Shown in pieces: positions 62,201 through 64,000 of a DNA stretch of 64,000 nucleotides. Position 1 is the stretch's first letter. The number at the start of each line of letters is the position of its first letter. Both the position numbers and the translations under genes were made by a program. Origin of the DNA: Octopus bimaculoides (Eukaryota); the NCBI RefSeq assembly GCF_001194135.2, contig NC_069007.1, positions 22,135,724 to 22,199,723 on the forward strand, given 5' to 3'. The notes below the pieces were generated by a model. That model ran no database searches and was not told where the DNA came from. It saw only the letters and a list, made by a program, of their open reading frames with translations.

Positions 62201-64000
62201 GTTCGTTCGTACGTTCGTTCCTTCGTACGTACGTTCGTTCGTTCGTTCATACGTACGTTCGTTCTTAGGTACGAACGTTCTTTCGTTAATTCCTGCCTAG
62301 GTAATACGTACGTTCGTTCCATCGTACGTACGTTCGTTCGTNNNNNNNNNNNNNNNNNNNNNNNNNNNNNNNNNNNNNNNNNNNNNNNNNNNNNNNNNNN
62401 NNNNNNNNNNNNNNNNNNNNNNNNNNNNNNNNNNNNNNNNNNNNNNNNNNNNNNNNNNNNNNNNNNNNNNNNNNNNNNNNNNNNNNNNNNNNNNNNNNNN
62501 NNNNNNNNNNNNNNNNNNNNNNNNNNNNNNNNNNNNNNNNNNNNNNNNNNNNNNNNNNNNNNNNNNNNNNNNNNNNNNNNNNNNNNNNNNNNNNNNTACG
62601 TTCGATCGTTCGTTGTTACTTACGTAAGTACGTTCGTTCTTTAATTCGTTCGATTGTTCGTTTGTACGTACGTAAGTTCGTTCCTACGCACGTACGTAAT
62701 TACGTTCCTTTGTTCGTATGTTCTTTCATGCGTACGTTCGTTTCACCGTTCGTTTGTTCGTACGTAAGTTCTTTCTTCCGTACGCAAATACTTTCGTTCG
62801 TTCGTTTGTTCTTTCGTTCCTTCGTACGTAGGTTCGTTTGTTCGTACGTACGCACGTTTGTTCGTTCATAAGTACGTTCGTTCGTTCGTACGTACGCAAG
62901 TTCTATCGTTATTTCCAGCCTACGTAATACGTACGTTCGTTCGTACGTACGTTCCTTCGTTATTTTCTGCCTACGTACGTACGGTCGTTCGTACGTGCAT
63001 TCGTTTGTTCCTTCCTTCGTACGTACGTATGCGCGTACGTTCGATCGTTGGTTCTTTCGTTCGTTCGTGCGGCTGTTGCTACGTACGTATGTACGTACGC
63101 TCGTTCGTACAAACGTAACTACGTACGTACTTCGTTCGTTGATTCGTACGTACGTACGTTCGTTCATCCGGCCGTTGCTACGTACGTATGTACATACGCT
63201 CATTCGTACAAACGTAACTACGTACGTACGTTCGATCGTTCGTTCTTACTGACGTAAGTACGTTCGTTCTTTAATTCCTTCGAGTGTTTGTTCGTACGTA
63301 CGTACGTTCTTTCGCTATTTCTTGACTGCGTAGGTACGTTCGTTCGTACGTACGTTCGTTCTTACGTACGTTCGTTAAAACGTTGGTACGTACGTACGTA
63401 TATATGTGCGATCGTTCGTACTTACGTACGTTCGTTCTTTCATTCGTTCGTACATACTTACGTACGTTCGTTCGATCCTTTATACGTCCGTCCGTACGTA
63501 AGTTCGTTCGTTCGTCCGTACGAACGTAAGTACTTTCGTTCGTTCGTACGATCGTAACTACGTACGTACGTTCTTTCGTTCGTTCGTACGTACGATCGTT
63601 CGTTAATTCGTTCGTTCTTACTTACGTAAGTACGTTCATTCTTTAATTTGTTCGATTGTTCGTTCGTACGTACGTACGTTCGTATGTACGTATTTTCGTT
63701 TGCTCGTTGATTCGTACGTATGTACGTACGCACCTACGTAAGTTCGTTCGTTCGCTCTATCATTTCGTACCTTCGTTCATTCGTACATACCTACGAATGT
63801 ACGTTCGTTACTTCGTTCATACGTACCTATATAGGTACGTTCGTTCGTACGTACGTTGTTTCTTTATTTCTTGCCTACGTAATACGTACGTTCGTAAGTA
63901 CTTCTTTCGTTATTTCCTGCCTATGTACGTACGTATGTTCGTTCTTTCGATCGTACGTACGTTCGTTCGTACGTACGTTCGTTCGTACGTACGTTCTTTC
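56239..64000. repeat. CpG-rich complex satellite (TACG/TTCG tetramers + recurring TTCTTTCGTTATTTCCTGCCTACGTAATACG motif) in a TMTC3 intron
   Basis: Continuous to the window end; near-identical blocks recur at 58655, 59296 and 59941. Confidence 0.95.

Noticed and set aside
56028-63733. Dozens of ORFs rich in YVRSFVRT / ERTNERTY
   Set aside because: They are translations of the tetranucleotide satellite, which lacks stops in most frames. They lie in a TMTC3 intron and have no coding features.
56239-64000. CRISPR-like reading of constant motif plus variable spacers (also at 50818-51247)
   Set aside because: The context is eukaryotic and intronic with no cas genes. The spacers are simple repeats of irregular length, not unique sequences.

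Overview
Eukaryotic, AT-rich, microsatellite- and SINE-dense genomic DNA from a gapped draft assembly. N-runs lie at 7788-7864, 12114-12585, 17819-18253, 19760-20108, 37093-37102, 46617-46735, 47531-47540, 50950-51116, 61219-61318 and 62342-62596. The repeat families and composition suggest an octopus (inference). Two convergent genes can be reconstructed by hand. (1) CNOT2 (CCR4-NOT subunit 2) on the + strand has 16 coding exons from 23249/23313 to 46409 with consistent splice phases, giving 514 aa from the ATG at 23313; the true start is uncertain. It carries an N-terminal polyQ/P insert and a C-terminal NOT box. (2) The last three coding exons of TMTC3 lie on the - strand (56059 to 53201). 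The rest is SINEs, MITEs, mariner and RTE remnants and simple repeats. The main unexplained signals are: a >7.7 kb CpG-dense TACG/TTCG satellite with higher-order structure in a TMTC3 intron; a 52-codon small ORF with an optimal start context near 4.2 kb; a duplicated in-frame splice acceptor in CNOT2; and several long hairpins or foldbacks. No rRNA, intact tRNA or CRISPR array was seen. No fully established novel system can be claimed from sequence alone.
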